Shown here in pieces: positions 12,459 to 25,628 of a stretch of 64,000 nucleotides of DNA. Under the pieces are notes generated by a model that had not been told where the DNA came from, did no database searches, and worked only from the letters and a program-made list of their open reading frames with translations. The position numbers and the translations under genes were made by a program. Each line of letters opens with the position of its first letter. The first letter of the stretch is position 1. This DNA comes from Octopus bimaculoides (Eukaryota), in the NCBI RefSeq assembly GCF_001194135.2, contig NC_068986.1, positions 24,416,820-24,480,819 of the forward strand, written 5' to 3'.

Positions 12459-13821
12459 CAAGCGAAGACTGAAATATAAACGACTTATCTGTTATCGAAT
12501 TTGAAGTGTAAATGTTTAGCGATTTATCTCGATATATTTAAGGCACCTCTGACATGTTTTAACCAACAAATGATTCTTGCAGCCTGAAAATAAATTATAC
12601 TTGAGATCTTCCATTTATCAGCCTTCATGTGTATTCATCTTTATTTGTCGCATATATAGGCATACCATACCCTGTGCTCTATTAGATTTGTTTATTAAAT
12701 AGGGGTTACTTCGTTTTTCTTTTAACTTGCCAGAACGACATATCATTTGTACTATGATATTATTTCTGGTGTTTATTTAACTACTGCTTTGCCTGTTTCA
12801 TATTACGCTAGGTTATACCATAGTCAAGATGCTAGCGTTAAAGTTACGTGTACTGCGTATTTAGAAATACATACGATCCCCAATTGGATGCCTATTTATA
12901 CATGTACTTGTGAGTGTGTGTTTACGTGTGTGTCTGTATGCCTGTGTGTGAGCATGTGTATATTTGTGTGAGAGAGAGAGCAAGTGTGTGTGAGTGTGTA
13001 TATGTGTGTGCATATGGCAGAGAGTGACAGAGAGGGCGGGGGGGAGAGAGAATGAGAGATACTGAGAAAGAATTGTGTGAAAGTACTGAGATTGTAGACT
13101 TGTAAACTTGTGAATTCGGAAGCGTATTTCNNNNNNNNNNNNNNNNNNNNNNNNNNNNNNNNNNNNNNNNNNNNNNNNNNNNNNNNNNNNNNNNNNNNNN
13201 NNNNNNNNNNNNNNNNNNNNNNNNNNNNNNNNNNNNNNNNNNNNNNNNNNNNNNNNNNNNNNNNNNNNNNNNNNNNNNNNNNNNNNNNNNNNNNNNNNNN
13301 NNNNNNNNNNNNNNNNNNNNNNNNNNNNNNNNNNNNNNNNNNNNNNNNNNNNNNNNNNNNNNNNNNNNNNNNNNNNNNNNNNNNNNNNNNNNNNNNNNNN
13401 NNNNNNNNNNNNNNNNNNNNNNNNNNNNNNNNNNNNNNNNNNNNNNNNNNNNNNNNNNNNNNNNNNNNNNNNNNNNNNNNNNNNNNNNNNNNNNNNNNNN
13501 NNNNNNNNNNNNNNNNNNNNNNNNNNNNNNNNNNNNNNNNNNNNNNNNNNNNNNNNNNNNNNNNNNNNNNNNNNNNNNNNNNNNNNNNNNNNNNNNNNNN
13601 NNNNNNNNNNNNNNNNNNNNNNNNNNNNNNNNNNNNNNNNNNNNNNNNNNNNNNNNNNNNNNNNNNNNNNNNNNNNNNNNNNNNNNNNNNNNNNNNNNNN
13701 NNNNNNNNNNNNNNNNNNNNNNNNNNNNNNNNNNNNNNNNNNNNNNNNNNNNNNNNNNNNNNNNNNNNNNNNNNNNNNNNNNNNNNNNNNNNNNNNNNNN
13801 NNNNNNNNNNNNNNNNNNNNN

Positions 13822-13870
<49 letters not shown>

Positions 13871-13897
13871 ACAACACATACACACACAAATGTGTGA

Positions 13898-14065
13898 ATT
13901 TATGTACGCATACGCGTGGTTAAACACAAGAAGGGAACAGCTAATCGACAAACATTGCCACCTAGATCTCACAAAGATCTCCTTATGGACGTCCCTGCCA
14001 ATATCAATAAAACCGCTCGTGGCGATAACGGGGACTTTTATCTGAAACTGTCACGAAGAACTTGA
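13898..14065 (+). mobile_element. Possible MULE (Mutator-like) transposase fragment
   Basis: 55-codon open frame IYVRIRVVKHKKGTANRQTLPPRSHKDLLMDVPANINKTARGDNGDFYLKLSRRT* with RNY-biased codons; resembles, from recall, the P..P.S..DL..P....T..G..F.L segment preceding MULE DDE domains. Confidence 0.3.
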
Positions 14066-15691
14066 GCGTTGCTACTCCTTTTGAAGATGATAATGTTTGA
14101 AGCATATAGCATTGCCAACACTTACATCAGCACCTCTACAACAACACACACAATCACCACCTTGCGATTATCACCATCATGCTATTCTTTGCTACTAGTA
14201 ATATTAATGCAACCGTGAAAATATCTAGATACCTTTAGCACTGTGACAAGCATGTATATTCAGCATATTTATCTCTAACAATGCAGTACAGCTACAGTCA
14301 TCTTAATGTACGTAGCTATGTATATACATACATACAGATATATATGCACATATATATATATATATGTGCATGTGTGTGTACACAGAGTGAGAGGGAGAAA
14401 GAGAGAGATTTATATATGTATAAGGAACCCTAGCTACATTCACACGTACATACATATGTAAATTTAGGCGTAGTAAAATTTGGGCGTATCCTTTATGCAT
14501 TATTCGATACGAATAAACCGACCAACCAGACATTGACACTGACATTAATGTTATGGATTTGTACTTCCATAAAATGTTATCCATAGGTGCAGGAAATCTA
14601 ATGATATATTTTTTGTATAGTGAGTTACAATGTACAACCAGAAGAGGAAAACAGAAAAACAAGATGAGCGTAAAATGATTTTAGTAGCAGTTACAATTAT
14701 TTCGGTGATATCAGTATAAAATGTGATGAATACCAGATACAGTTATTTCTGTGGTATTCCGCTTAAAACCGCATCTGTATAATTTTGTGTGTATAAATTT
14801 ACATATGATTACTCGGGCGCATGCATACATATGTATGTTCAAGCGCATGGATACATATCTATGCGATTTATTGAATCACGTTTGTATTTCGACATATTCT
14901 TTTTCATATAAATGAATACATATTTATTTCATTTGTGTAATCTGACGTGGCGTAGAGTAGACATGTTATTGATAATGTTGCGAATGGTGACAAAAAGTTC
15001 TTAGACAAACATGATTGAGTGAATTATTAGCTCAATGTTAATTCAAAGAACCCAATTGTTAAGTAGTTCAAAGTTAACAAATTGACAAATAATGACGACT
15101 TGAAATAGAACGACTAGGTGTGTTAATTATTAGCATAATGACCCTCCTAGATAAAATAAATTATATAATTAAATAAGCTAATTTACATACGACCTCAATT
15201 ACATATTTAACCTCAATTATATGTTATCTCAGTTATATATTTAGGCATTGACCTTTAACACGTTATTTATTCTGTGTACAACGTCCACTGACAAACTCTC
15301 ACTTCATCAGCTATTGATTGAAGTTTTCAAGGACTCCGGGGCATCCAAAAGCACTGTGCTACCAACGTGCATCGAAGACCACTGATTCCTATTAGGAAAC
15401 ACACATGTTCTTTTGGCCCATATTATAGCATTTCTGTGAAGGTGTGTTACTTAGTAATTCATGTGTTGCCTTCAAGATCGCAAGATCGGATAGAACGTTG
15501 AGACCTTGAACAAAATACCGCCTTTCAACTTGTCCCACTTACATACATGCATGCACAACACATGCACGCCCACACACACACGCTGACAGAAACAAACACA
15601 CACATGCACGTACACACGCGCTCACACAAACAAACACACACATGCACGCACGCACACACACTCACACAAACAAACACACACACTCGCGCAA

Positions 15692-15721
<30 letters not shown>

Positions 15722-15722
<1 letters not shown>

Positions 15723-15844
15723 CCAAATGCACTCATAAAGCTTTGGTCAGTCCCTGACTATAATAAAAGGTACCACGCAGTGCAACTAATTCCGGTTACC
15801 TGTAGTTTGGAAGCAAGCTTCTTATATCACAGTCACTCCTGCGC
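15722..15844 (-). mobile_element. SINE family S2, 5' half with internal deletion
   Basis: Ends cacagtcactcctgcgc, the reverse complement of the S2 head; body matches 52845-52975. Confidence 0.8.
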
Positions 15845-15846
15845 TT

Positions 15847-15900
<54 letters not shown>

Positions 15901-15901
15901 C

Positions 15902-16075
15902 AGGGAGAATTCACCAAAAAAAAGACGAAGACAGGTGGTGTAGACTACAAACAGATGTATTAGTTTAACGGTCGGGAAGTCAAGAAGTTTTTAACGTTTC
16001 GAGCCTACGCTCTTCCACAGAAAGGAACACAGAAAGAAACAAGGGGGGAAAATAAAGAACAGAAAATAAAGAATA
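15902..16075 (-). mobile_element. Short interspersed repeat with hammerhead-like motif (Penelope-associated)
   Basis: About 100 bp closely match 49570-49672 in opposite orientation; minus strand reads ctgtggaa-gagc-gtag-gctc-gaaac-gtta; ends at an (AT)n array. Confidence 0.75.
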
Positions 16076-17611
16076 AGTACTGCCTAGCGATCTATCATGA
16101 CGAATCTATATATATTATTCACCTTATTCAGATCAAATTATTAGCGTGGATCCAGTGACTATTAAGAGCAGTAAAATTGGTACAGTATTTGTGTCTAACT
16201 ACAGCCTTGAAACTCATAATTTACTTAGATGCCTCTTTTATCCCCTACCCGACTCTCCCGTTCCAGACTGATTTTGGTCGATTTTGTTGGCACTAAGAAC
16301 GATGAATATTTTGACGCTACGCACTTAGAAAATTATAGAAAAACCTATTCTTTAAAGAAAGTGAAAAAGAATTTGTAAATATTTTCAGACAAAAAGGTTT
16401 GTGTTTTAAGAAAGGTAAAAGGTTTAAAATTTGAAAATCTAGAAGCGACATGAAGAAACCCTTGTTTTACTAAATATATTTGTATAATTATATTTAAAAA
16501 AATACGCAACACACATCGATACCCCTTGATTTTCACTGTTTGAGAAGCACTTCCTTAATCATGCTTCGAATATGGTCTTATGATTGATTTTCAGTAAAGT
16601 TATTGAAGATATTAGCAATAAATTTGACAGTATCAGCTTTACGAAATTTCATTCTCCCTTAGAAAATCATGAGAATTTTGATTCTGTAAGAAATCAATAA
16701 CGGCGTCAGATTTTGAAGTTAGTGTAAAAGAATTGGTAGAGCGTCGAACAAAATACATTGCAGGATGTAATTAAAAGCATTTTATGCTTCGGTTCAGATC
16801 CCACTGAAGTCAACGTCAAATTCTGTCTTGGCTAACATTCATCTTGTTGAGAATTTCAAACTAAAGCCTAAAGTATAATGGCATCGATTTTTTAAACGTT
16901 TTTAAAGCATCAAAGAAAATATCTGCAGTATTGTGCCAGAGTCCTTTAGGATCTGTGTTCATATTTGGCTGAGGTGAACTTTAGCCTTTCCTTTTCTGAT
17001 CAATAATATAAAGTACCAATCAAGTACTAGGGTTGATTTGATATTTCAAGAAATCATCTTAGATGACTATGGAGATAAGAGAAGATCAAGAAAAGATATC
17101 CACTCGATACTTTTGTGGATTATGCCCATGGTAGTAATTAGCAATGGTCGAGATTCAGATGAGCAGCATAAGAATATGTGGAAAAAACAATTTTTGGTAA
17201 ATCTAGATTGAGATAATTCCCATTCTTTGGTTTTCGGATGAGTTCTCTTTCATTAATAATCTCCACTGGAAAAGTTCAAAATCTACCAATTTGTATGTTC
17301 CCAATAATAAAAGATCGAATACTTTTTGCATCATAAAACAAAAATGCATAATGGCATCGTTAATATTTATTAGTGGAATAGTTAAATTGGTACTGAAGTT
17401 GGCAGAGATTACATCGCGGATATTGATGCTGTGTATGGACGATTACTCTTATTGTCGCTGCTTTAGTTGTCGGTGCTACTCTTTTGCTGTTATTGATGTT
17501 TAACTCCAGGCGATTGAACAGCGTTCTGAACACTGACCGCCATAACGAATATTCTCTAGTCATAGTATATCTTACACATTCACATGTTGTTTTTTTTTAA
17601 AACTGGTACTT

Positions 17612-17780
17612 AGTCGATTACAAAGACGAGTATTCCAGCTGAGCCGATCAACGGAACAGCCTGCTCGTGAAATTGAAGTGCAAATGGCTGAGCACTTCAC
17701 AGACATATTTAAGGACAGAACGTGCGAAATCCCGACCCTAGGATCGTAAGCTGAATATCCTAACCGTTAAGTCACTTACC
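17612..17780 (-). mobile_element. SINE family S1, internally deleted copy
   Basis: ccgatcaacggaacagcctgctcgtgaaatt...ggctgagcact is the reverse complement of the S1 3' tail at 31630-31700; a tRNA-like head remnant lies at 17720-17775. Confidence 0.8.
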
Positions 17781-19680
17781 TTCACATGTGCATAGATATA
17801 GGGTGATGCCCATAACATCACTGATGTCATCGTTCACAGATGTTTACTAGCCATGTGAGAAAAGATGTGGTACATATGACTCACTCCCTCAGTCGAAATT
17901 GCCTTACTTCAAATTAATGTTGAGGTCAAGTAATTTAGAGATGAGCTCCGATGACCAGATTTCCTATAATGTTGTGCTGCGCTCTTAGCATTTCACAACG
18001 CTAAATAAAAGTATTTATTCTTTTAGCTATTAAAATGACTGTGGTTCGTGTCAGCTCAATCGGCTAATTTCAGTCTTCTTATAGTATGGCAGATCCACCT
18101 AAGCTCATTGATTCTTAATAATGTACATTTGACGACCTTTTCGAATGTCTTCCATGTTTTTAGAAAAACGATAAATTTTGACTTTTAGGAGACTTTCCTG
18201 CATGTTGTGTAAATTTCGTAAATGGAATTATTATTGGAGGTGAATGTTAGTCTTAGTAATGGCGTTGATTATGATAAACTAGACAATGAAAATATTAACT
18301 GCTGTGTTAGCTAAAACATTTTGTTACGATGGTATTAGTTAAAGCCGAAGTTGTGAAAATGTTACTATTAAATTTTGTGTTGACAGTAGACTTTTACTGT
18401 ACCTAAATATTTAAAAAGTGTAAAAATATTGAAACATGCTGAATTATTGAGAAATAAACAATGTAGGAACACACTACACTAAAGTATTTCGTTAATTTTA
18501 ACGGTGATACTCATCTTCCTTTTAACTATTATCTGAATGAATTGCAGCATGGCCGACTTTGCAGTTTAGTCTTAAATTGGCATCGAACAAGTAGATTGCT
18601 TTTCATAGACATTGAAGCTATTTCGATCTCATTTAATTTTCCATGATAGTTTAAACAGGACACGTCATTTGAGAGTGATTTACACGCTATATATATTTAC
18701 ACGTTATATATATATANNNNNNNNNNNNNNNNNNNNNNNNNNNNNNNNNNNNNNNNNNNNNNNNNNNNNNNNNNNNNNNNNNNNNNNNNNNNNNNNNNNN
18801 NNNNNNNNNNNNNNNNNNNNNNNNNNNNNNNNNNNNNNNNNNNNNNNNNNNNNNNNNNNNNNNNNNNNNNNNNNNNNNNNNNNNNNNNNNNNNNNNNNNN
18901 NNNNNNNNNNNNNNNNNNNNNNNNNNNNNNNNNNNNNNNNNNNNNNNNNNNNNNNNNNNNNNNNNNNNNNNNNNNNNNNNNNNNNNNNNNNNNNNNNNNN
19001 NNNNNNNNNNNNNNNNNNNNNNNNNNNNNNNNNNNNNNNNNNNNNNNNNNNNNNNNNNNNNNNNNNNNNNNNNNNNNNNNNNNNNNNNNNNNNNNNNNNN
19101 NNNNNNNNNNNNNNNNNNNNNNNNNNNNTGTAACTTCCCTTCATAAGTGCGTTGGCTATTGCTGTACACGAATTTATACAAGGGTTATGGTTGAATACAG
19201 CGCAGAGATACATTAATATTTACTAGCATAATGATATCATAGTGTATTAATAACGTAGGAGTCCTAATGAAATTTATGTAACGTTTCTATATTATTTATT
19301 CCTCAACAATTCAGTGTGTTTCAATATTTTTACACGCATTAAATATTTAGGTACAAAATTGACCGTTCTTAAAACATTTTCATGAGGTGGAGAAGACACT
19401 GGAAACTTCTAATTCCTCTGTACGTAAACACTATGAACATTTTCTTGAACCTGAAATGTTTACGGAAGAAGAAAAAGGATGAAAACATTCCATGAACGTC
19501 TTCTGGTTTTTAATTTCATCTTAGATTTGCCGTAATGACTCTTAGTAATGTAACTTATCAACAAATTTACGGACTAGCTCATGCTAGTTAAAAAGGCTAA
19601 AATAGTGTTATATATGACAATTACTAGAAATTGTAGGACCTTCAGTGTATACAAATGAAAGCAGAATTTTATATATATTT

Positions 19681-20060
19681 TATCTTTACCTGTTTTAGTG
19701 ATTTGACTGCGGCCATGCTGGGGCATTGCCTTGGAGGTTTTAAGCTGAACAAATCGACTCCAGACCTTTTTTTAAAGCCTGGTACTTATTTTATCGGGTT
19801 CTGTTTGCCGAACTACTAAGTTACAGGTAAATAAACATATCGACTCTGGTTGTCAAGCAGTGGTGCGGTACATGAAGGTACACACAAATAGATATATACA
19901 TATAGATAGAGAGAGAGAGAGACTCCACCTAGTTCACTTACAAGTCTCTGGAGGACCCGAGGCTATTCTAGAAAACACTTAACCAATGTGCCAAGAAGTG
20001 GGACTGAACCCGAAACCATGTGGTTGGTAAGCAAGCGGCTTACCACGCAGCTACGCCTGC
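19681..20060 (-). mobile_element. SINE family S2, near full-length, diverged
   Basis: Runs from atttgactgcggccatgctgg to gggactgaacccgaaaccatgtggttggtaagcaagc...ctacgcctgc. Confidence 0.9.
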
Positions 20061-20286
20061 TGATGATATATTGGTATATTCAGGTATAGTGATGCAAACA
20101 GGAAAATGAAAGCTCAAAATATGAGAACCGGCATATTTTTATTAATATTTGGCAGAAGCAACAGAGTGACTCAAGGGCCGAAAGCTTCGTGCGTTGAGAC
20201 TTATCCGTGTACTCTCTACATGATAACACTTCCAATCAATTCAGATCAGAAGCCATGAGAGCCACTGCCTGGTATTGCATCCGGGC

Positions 20287-20287
<1 letters not shown>

Positions 20288-20346
<59 letters not shown>

Positions 20347-20380
20347 TACTACTATTATTATTATTATTATTATTATTTTA

Positions 20381-20413
<33 letters not shown>

Positions 20414-20445
20414 ATAATAATAATAATATTATTATTATCATTATT
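20288..20445. repeat. (TTA)n/(TAC)n/(TAA)n compound microsatellite
   Basis: Direct reading. Confidence 0.96.
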
Positions 20446-20769
20446 CCTTCTGTGCCTGTTGATTTTTCGCATATATAGCGGTTGTTATGGTGATGCATGT
20501 ACTGTTATTGTAAACTATTCACGTAGTACATTATTTAGCATGCTTGCCTATGTAACTCGATAGGCAAGGTCATATTTTGACGAACGAGTCAGCAACTCTG
20601 TACAGTGCTCAATAGTACACTTATCAATCAATTAGATGGGCATGGACGTACTCTTTAGCAAGAATATTTATCATAATTATCATTTCTATCATCTCTCCAT
20701 CACCGACGGTAAATAAATGATAAAGCAAATACTGAATTTTTTTTTTTTTTGACAATATATATGATGCCA

Positions 20770-21184
20770 CTAACAATAATAAAAATCATCATCATCGTCA
20801 TCGTCATCATCATCTTCATGATCATGATAATCATCACCATCCTCCTCCTCATCATCATCATCACAATCGTCACGGTCATCATCATTATCATCATCATCAA
20901 CTTTAACATCATCAGCATCATCGTGATCATCGCCACTGTCCTCTTCCTCCTCCTTCTCCTCCTCCTCCTCATCATCATCCTCATCATCATCCTTAACACC
21001 ATCACAATCGTCACAGTCATCATCATCAGCATAATCACCATCATCATCATCATCATCATTAACGCAATCATTACTATTAATAATATTTGTTGTTATAGTT
21101 ATCACTACGTACCACTGCCTCTAATACATCTATTATTACTACCATTACAGCAATTTCTACCAATACCACGACTACCACCACAAT

Positions 21185-21234
<50 letters not shown>

Positions 21235-21245
21235 TTACTACTACA
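20770..21245. repeat. Degenerate (CAT)n/(CCT)n followed by (TAC)n trinucleotide array
   Basis: Direct reading; produces the acidic and poly-I pseudo-ORFs. Confidence 0.92.
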
Positions 21246-21678
21246 TCCGGGTAATAAAAGAATTCTGTTGAATTTTTTTTTCTATGTTCATTTTTCTGAT
21301 ATCCTTTTTCTTTTCCAATTCCTAATATCAAACTGACATGTTAGTGAGATATCATTACAGCCATGCACTAAATTGTAGCTCCAATAAACAAGACACTCTG
21401 GTGCAGACAGATTTCTAGACTCGATTTCATTGATATTTTGCATCGTATTGACAAAAGTCTAGTGTTACTGGCATGTTATTTTAATGTTATCTATCGATAT
21501 GCAATGTTAAGACAAATACAAATAGTGAGATTGATACACACTTACGCATCTACATACATGCATACATGCACACATTACATGGTTACATGTATACATCATC
21601 CATACAAGTACAAACATATATACATACATACATAAATACATAAATACATACATATAGGTATACGTACATATGCATGAG

Positions 21679-21737
<59 letters not shown>

Positions 21738-22708
21738 NNNNNNNNNNNNNNNNNNNNNNNNNNNNNNNNNNNNNNNNNNNNNNNNNNNNNNNNNNNNNNN
21801 NNNNNNNNNNNNNNNNNNNNNNNNNNNNNNNNNNNNNNNNNNNNNNNNNNNNNNNNNNNNNNNNNNNNNNNNNNNNNNNNNNNNNNNNNNNNNNNNNNNN
21901 NNNNNNNNNNNNNNNNNNNNNNNNNNNNNNNNNNNNNNNNNNNNNNNNNNNNNNNNNNNNNNNNNNNNNNNNNNNNNNNNNNNNNNNNNNNNNNNNNNNN
22001 NNNNNNNNNNNNNNNNNNNNNNNNNNNNNNNNNNNNNNNNNNNNNNNNNNNNNNNNTATACATCATCCATACAAGTACAAACATATATACATACATACAT
22101 AAATACATAAATACATACATATAGGTATACGTACATATGCATGAGTATGTATATATATATACGCATACAGCTTTACGTAAAATCGTATATGAATAGACGC
22201 CTACAGGCTAATACACTAAAATAGACAATTTATAAATGAATGATGTTTATATTTTTTGTTTCTAATTTTATCGTTACACAAGTTGGTCTCCGGCCATGAA
22301 ACAAGAATCGTTAACAATACACACAAATAGTATCATGCGCTGTACTTTAAGAAATGTTGAATAATGGTGTTCTAACGTTCATATATAAAGAACGTATAAA
22401 TGTGTACATATGTGTGTTATACATGTGTATACGTGTTTTGTTTCGATTGAATTTCTAGGATGTTTCCGAAGGTTTTGAAGAGTTCCGTTCATTTACTGAA
22501 TACGAAGAGTGTAAATTACATACGTTCCATAACTGGCTTTTTTTGAAGCTGAAGTTTTAGACTTTTAATCACGAAGCTACGTGCACCACAAATTGCTTTT
22601 GAAAATGTATAATCCAGTTTAGCACGTCTAAATTCCTCGTTAGTTGTCGATTATTGTTTATAAACGTCTTCGTTTTTATTTATGTCCAAAGTAATATACA
22701 CTTAAGCT

Positions 22709-22828
22709 AAGGCGGTGAGAAACGTTAGCATTCATCCTTTCAGAGTAAGTACCAGTTGCGTACTAGAGTAGATCTTATCAATTGCCCCACTTCCCAAAAA
22801 TTTCGGGCTTTGTTCCTAGAGAAGAAGA
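22709..22828 (+). mobile_element. SINE family S3, internally deleted copy
   Basis: aaggcggtgag head fused to cattcatcctttc...aagtaccagttgcgtact...aatttcgggctttgttcctagag. Confidence 0.85.
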
Positions 22829-22846
22829 TAATATCTTTATGATTGT

Positions 22847-23037
22847 AAGGTGGTGAGTTGGCAGAGACGTTAGCACGCCGGGCGAAATGCTTTGCGGTAT
22901 TTTGTCTGTCTTTACGTTATGAGTTCAAATTCCGCCGAGGTCGACTTTGCCATTCATCCTTTCGAGGTCAATAAATTAAGTACCAGTTGGCCCCCTTCCG
23001 AAAAATTTCGGGCCTTGTGCCTAGAGTAGAAAATAAT
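22847..23037 (+). mobile_element. SINE family S3, near full-length
   Basis: tRNA-like head (ggtggtgagttggcagagacgttagcacgccgggcgaaatgc; B-box-like gagttcaaattcc) and tail tttcgggccttgtgcctagagtagaaa. Confidence 0.92.
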
Positions 23038-23261
23038 ATGTTAATGATTGTCAGGCGGTGAGCCTGAATAGAACAGAACACTTACTTAAGCTGGATAACT
23101 TACCTTCTCATCGTTGTTTGTTCTGTCTTCACTGTCCGAGGGAATGTCTTTCAGCTTCCTTATATTTATATCTTACTGGCATTACAATTACTACATTCCA
23201 CCGCGTGGACTTCGTATATTCTGTACGTATGCATTTCGTAACATTGTACGTTTGTATTCTT

Positions 23262-23406
23262 TATCTTTTCTCTTTTACTAATTTCAGTCGTTGATCTACG
23301 ACCATTCTTGAGCATCGCTTTGAAAGGATATAGTTAAACAAATCGACCTAAGTATTTAAATTTTTTTAGGCCTGCTACTTATTATCCCGTTTTGTTTTGC
23401 CGAACC
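23262..23406 (-). mobile_element. SINE family S2, degenerate 3' fragment
   Basis: atttcagtcgttgatctacgaccattcttgagcatcgc...ttttgccgaacc. Confidence 0.6.
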
Positions 23407-23439
23407 TCGAAGTGTTTCGAAATCTGTCGGACGGGTGAT

Positions 23440-23760
23440 ATTCATCCACTGAATGCTAATGTATTTGAGGTAACCAGGTTCGATTCTGCAGCATGGCGTC
23501 TTAAACAAAGACTTAGTACGCACGTTATGTGCTTGAAACTAAAGTGACGAAAACTGAGTAAGTTTCCGTGGACTGGATTTTATATGTAATTTATCGGATT
23601 ATAGGATTAATCTTATCTCACCCTCTGAGTGACGCCGATTCTGCTAGAGGTTTGCGTAAAGGGTACACTTGTCTGTGGAATATTCAGCAACATTCGGGCT
23701 AATTTAAAGAGTAGGTCATTCAATTGACTGAACTGATGATTCCTAATTGTTGATATCGAC
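23440..23760 (+). mobile_element. SINE family S1-like, highly diverged
   Basis: ggttcgattc B-box at about 23478 and aagggtacacttgtctgtggaatattcagc matching 31618-31650. Confidence 0.55.
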
Positions 23761-24195
23761 AGACATTTATTTTATGGTTTCTTTTAATTGCTACAGTCTA
23801 TAAATGCGACATATGTTTGGGTTGACAGTTCACTGGCAGTTGTAATCCTTGACAGTCGCGTTCACTGCTATTGAGGCAAGTGACGACGAATCGATATAAT
23901 TGACCAATAACTCCACTGCATATTATGCAAGCTGCAACAATACGAGAAATGTTGCTGGTGCTGCTGTTGCTGAGAACTGATCGATCAGATCTAAGATCAA
24001 AGACCTTTCCGCACGGAATTGTCCTCTCATTCCTTTAAAGACGTAGTGTAGCCACAAGCACATTGTCAAATGTGTATTGTTCGATTCATTTAAAGCTAAG
24101 AAATTATGTTTCCACTATATTTAGTCATTAATTTCAGCAGATCAAGCCTTCTTATTGAAGTCCTAACACAAAATATTAATACGATGGACGCTATT

Positions 24196-24400
24196 AAGAC
24201 GGTGAGCAGGCCGAATTGTTACCGCACCGGACGAAATACTTAGCGGCACTTCGTCCGTCTTTACGTTCCGAGTTCAAATTCCGCCAAGGTCAACTTTGCT
24301 TTTCATCCTTTCGGGGTTGATAAAATAAGTGCCTCTTAAGCACTGCGTAATCGACTTACTCCGTGCCCCAAAACTGCTGGCTTTGTGCCGAATTTGAAAC
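24196..24400 (+). mobile_element. SINE family S3, full-length, diverged
   Basis: gagttcaaattccgccaaggtcaactttgcttttcatcctttcggggttgataaaataagt core shared with 22847-23037. Confidence 0.9.
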
Positions 24401-24784
24401 GGATATGGTAGACGATAATTTTGCAGCTATTTTAGCACTGTTTTTATAGTTGTAGATTTTCTTGTCATTATTCTCGCTCTTATACGTTTTCTTGCTTCGG
24501 TTACTATTGCCGTTGGTAGTGATGAATGTCATTGAGGNNNNNNNNNNNNNNNNNNNNNNNNNNNNNNNNNNNNNNNNNNNNNNNNNNNNNNNNNNNNNNN
24601 NNNNNNNNNNNNNNNNNNNNNNNNNNNNNNNNNNNNNNNNNNNNNNNNNNNNNNNNNNNNNNNNNNNNNNNNNNNNNNNNNNNNNNNNNNNNNNNNNNNN
24701 NNNNNNNNNNNNNNNNNNNNNNNNNNNNNNNNNNNNNNNNNNNNNNNNNNNNNNNNNNNNNNNNNNNNNNNNNCCCCAGCCTAG

Positions 24785-24840
24785 AGGCGGCGAGCTGGCA
24801 GAATCGTTAGCACGCAGGGCAAAATGCTTAGCGGTATTTC
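24785..24840 (+). mobile_element. SINE family S3, head only
   Basis: aggcggcgagctggcagaatcgttagcacgcagggcaaaatgcttagcggtatttc. Confidence 0.85.
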
Positions 24841-25628
24841 TTATGTAACTGTGATCTGATGAAAGACTCTGGTTAATCCATGATTTTAATGTTAAGCTTA
24901 GCGTTTTTCAGAGCCTTCCTGATACGGTGCAGCCGCAACAAAATTCAGCTCTTGAAATTCATCTGTTTCGTACCACGAGTTTATTCTGCTTGTTAGATCA
25001 CAAACTCTTTCAAGTTTGTTCCAATTTTGCCCCGGTATCTAGGGAAGGTCCTACTGCCCTCCTTATTTATGATTTCATCTAAATTCTTCCTAGTCTTTCT
25101 GTACACTCTGGCACTGGCTCTCTAGTTTTATCCAGAGACTGCATGCGGTGGTGCCTAAACTCCTGTATATGTCTCTTTATTCACATGATGGATATGTTGT
25201 TCATTATCAACGGATCATAACTCCATACGCTATTAATGTTTAACTTCATTTTGTATGTTAAAACTGAGTTCTAATGAATAGCATATTTAGAACGTATGGG
25301 TTTCATATAATACAAGAGGAAGATTATACATACAATTATGTTATACGTATGTATCTTATGAGAGCACGGCTCTATGCATGTTGGGAGTTAGAGATTTCAA
25401 TATTTTAACCATACGAAATGAGCAATATACATTGATGCTGACAGAATACATTTAACACTGGAAACATTCTGTATTTCAATGAACGTGGGTTGTTCTGAAT
25501 GGTATCCAAAAGAAGTTTTCACAATTTCATTAGCTGACATAAATCGTTTACACTGCAAACGTTGGTAAAATGACTCATCTGCCATAGTAACTCTTCTTTC
25601 TTTTCTTTATCCTTTCCAGCAAATAATA

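Noticed and set aside
16240-16650. Acceptor-like site plus 37-codon frame (LILVDFVGTKNDEYF...)
   Set aside because: No recognisable protein; the segment looks like an AT-rich interspersed repeat (from recall, unverified)
20700-21336. Long acidic and hydrophobic ORFs
   Set aside because: Trinucleotide (CAT/CCT/TAC) array translated in several frames
21591-22160. Identical 100-bp segment on both sides of the 21738-22056 gap
   Set aside because: An exact duplicate flanking a gap and ending in (TA)n is most simply an unmerged contig overlap (assembly artefact)
23104-23175. Minus-strand frame RKLKDIPSDSEDRTNNDEK ending at a strong donor (aag|gtaagt)
   Set aside because: No pyrimidine-rich acceptor, an in-frame stop just upstream, and no homology recognised
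25397-25585. 62-aa minus-strand ORF MADESFYQRL...
   Set aside because: No recognisable family; lies beside the mariner relic on the opposite strand
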